This document shows positions 62,381-64,000 of a DNA stretch of 64,000 nt, in pieces. Position 1 is the stretch's first letter. The number at the start of each line of letters is the position of its first letter. Under the pieces are notes generated by a model that made no database searches, was not told where the DNA came from, and worked only from the letters and a program-made list of their open reading frames with translations. Origin of the DNA: Octopus bimaculoides. Its lineage: Eukaryota. The stretch spans positions 22,069,924 through 22,133,923 of the forward strand of contig NC_069007.1 of NCBI RefSeq assembly GCF_001194135.2, written 5' to 3'. The translations under genes and the position numbers were made by a program.

Positions 62381-63345
62381 TCTTTTTCAAAAAAAAGATC
62401 TTCAGGTGTTGTTATGTTTGGGTTTTGGGGAAGATTAAGCCTTAATTGGTTGGAGAAGGAAAACAATTCTATCTTGTTTTGTGGATTTATGGATTAATCT
62501 ACATGGAAACACATGTTAAGTTATGTGGGCAAATTAAAGAAAATTAGTGAGAGGCTATTTGTAAAATTTTCATCATCGTCATCATTATTTAATGATCATT
62601 TTCCATGCTGGCATGGGTTGGACAGTTTGACAGGAGCTGAGAAGCTCGATGACTGCCGAGCTCCAATTTCTGCTTTGGCTGGTTTCTACAGCTAGATGCT
62701 CTTCCTAACAATAATATTTATAACAAACATATATGCACACAGAGGCACCCAGGCCAGTGACATAGAGAACACCCAGTACATTTTGTATAGTGGTTGTCCT
62801 TAGGAAGGGTATCCAGCCATAGAACCAAGCTAAAACAGACAACTGGAGCCTGATGCAGCTCCAGTCAAATAGTCTAACCCATGCCAGCATGGAAAATGGG
62901 TGTTAAATGGTGATGGTGATTGGGTACACACACACCCAGGTTGGTGAACAAATGAAAGAAAATCATACTCAAATCAAATGGCATTAAACATCTGTGGAAT
63001 TCTCTGGAAGTATTTTTGCCATAACAAGATGATTAGCAAATCCAAAATGGTGGTTAAATAAAAGCCATGTTGTGCTCACAAGATAAAAAGAGTATCTTGC
63101 GATTACTATTGTTTCATATTTGAAGCTGGTTGATGAAGCAAGTCACAAGTTCATTTTGTTAAAACAAGTCCTGTTCCTGCACTTAAATAGGTATTTTTAC
63201 GTTTCATGTGAGTTTTTGAACTCACTTCCATATCAATCGTGTCACAGCTCTAATTATCCTAATTTACTGATGGCCATTCATTAAGCACTTTGTGATATCA
63301 TGCTTCAGATCCCTTTGGTTGGATTGTGCTACATTGAACATATAA

Positions 63346-63800
63346 ACGAGGTCTGATGAAAATGTATCAGGAATGTTGCTGTGGTAACAGAGCAAAGTGA
63401 AGCCACTTGGCCCAGATTGTCCTTTAACTCTGTCACGCATGCACACCCAGTTATGACCTTCCTTGCTTTTGTTGTTTATAAGCAGTGCTTGGAAGTGAAG
63501 GGCGTAGAGTGTGGTCAGCTCCAAAAGAAGATTGGGTTTGTCAAGAAGGATGAAAACTTTTTGAAAATCCCACTTGAACAAGATTTCAAGACCCTGAGGA
63601 AATCCGAGGGAATGTGATGGGGGAAACTGCTTGCTATTCCTAAAAAGGAGTTCCAGGAATGCTTCTATCAGTGGAAAGATACTGGATAAAATGTCTGGCT
63701 TCAGAAGTGGACAACTTCGAAGGAGATTAAATACCAAATTGATATGTGTTGTTTTCTTTTTGTAGCACCAGTCCTCGTAATTTTTTTGATACCAACCTGT
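63346..63800 (+). mobile_element. Internally deleted mariner remnant
   Basis: 5' end acgaggtctgatgaaaatgtatcaggaat and 3' end …agtcctcgtaattttttttgataccaacctgt resemble degenerate mariner TIRs; interior reads RFQDPEEIRGNV…LLAIPKKEFQECFYQWK…WIKCLASEVDNFEGD* with frameshifts. Confidence 0.75.
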
Positions 63801-64000
63801 CTCAGGTCACCTTCGGTTCTATGTTACAAACTTCCTGATGTAAAAGTGGTCTAAAGACGAACCTTCCTTCAAAATTTCATTTCAAACAGGTTGGCACTGA
63901 CAAAGCTGTTTTCATATATTTCCCAAATGCATTGAAACAAAAGCGGTGCAGTTCAATATAAATATGGTAAACGGTTATTTACATCATCATCATCATCATC

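Noticed and set aside
62230-63260. Possible terminal exons of a convergent minus-strand gene (IIRAVTRLIW / CKYDVRMVKKRYCLF)
   Set aside because: Weak acceptors, no recognisable homology, and one version needs a 34-nt intron.

Overview
Eukaryotic, intron-rich, AT- and microsatellite-rich scaffold with 11 N-gaps. The repeat landscape resembles an Octopus-type cephalopod genome; that is inferred from recall, not from a search. The ORF track is mostly noise from microsatellites and gaps, so the genes were rebuilt by hand from GT-AG sites and reading-frame continuity. Three + strand genes are well supported: (1) the last six coding exons of a ceramide synthase (1138-4680); (2) a DPY19-type C-mannosyltransferase (20219-45518; 21 exons visible, one expected exon probably hidden in the 30245-30782 gap); (3) a complete dyskerin/DKC1 gene (47949-61650; 15 coding exons, 524 aa). 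A fourth, unrecognised multi-exon gene is tentatively predicted on the - strand, head-to-head with DPY19. Introns and intergenic DNA carry several SINE families, RTE-type LINE remnants, a TTAA-flanked piggyBac-like MITE family, Tc1/mariner and hAT remnants and two minisatellites. Most notable: a putative intron in the dyskerin 3'UTR whose donor sits inside a folded element 61 nt after the stop codon; a minimal hammerhead ribozyme motif in a CerS intron; a dyskerin active-site loop carrying Gly at the position of human S121; the candidate divergent gene; and a perfect 21-bp hairpin near a 25-nt micro-exon. Exon coordinates were counted base by base; repeat boundaries are approximate (about 10-20 nt). 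No CRISPR array, rRNA or intact tRNA gene was seen.
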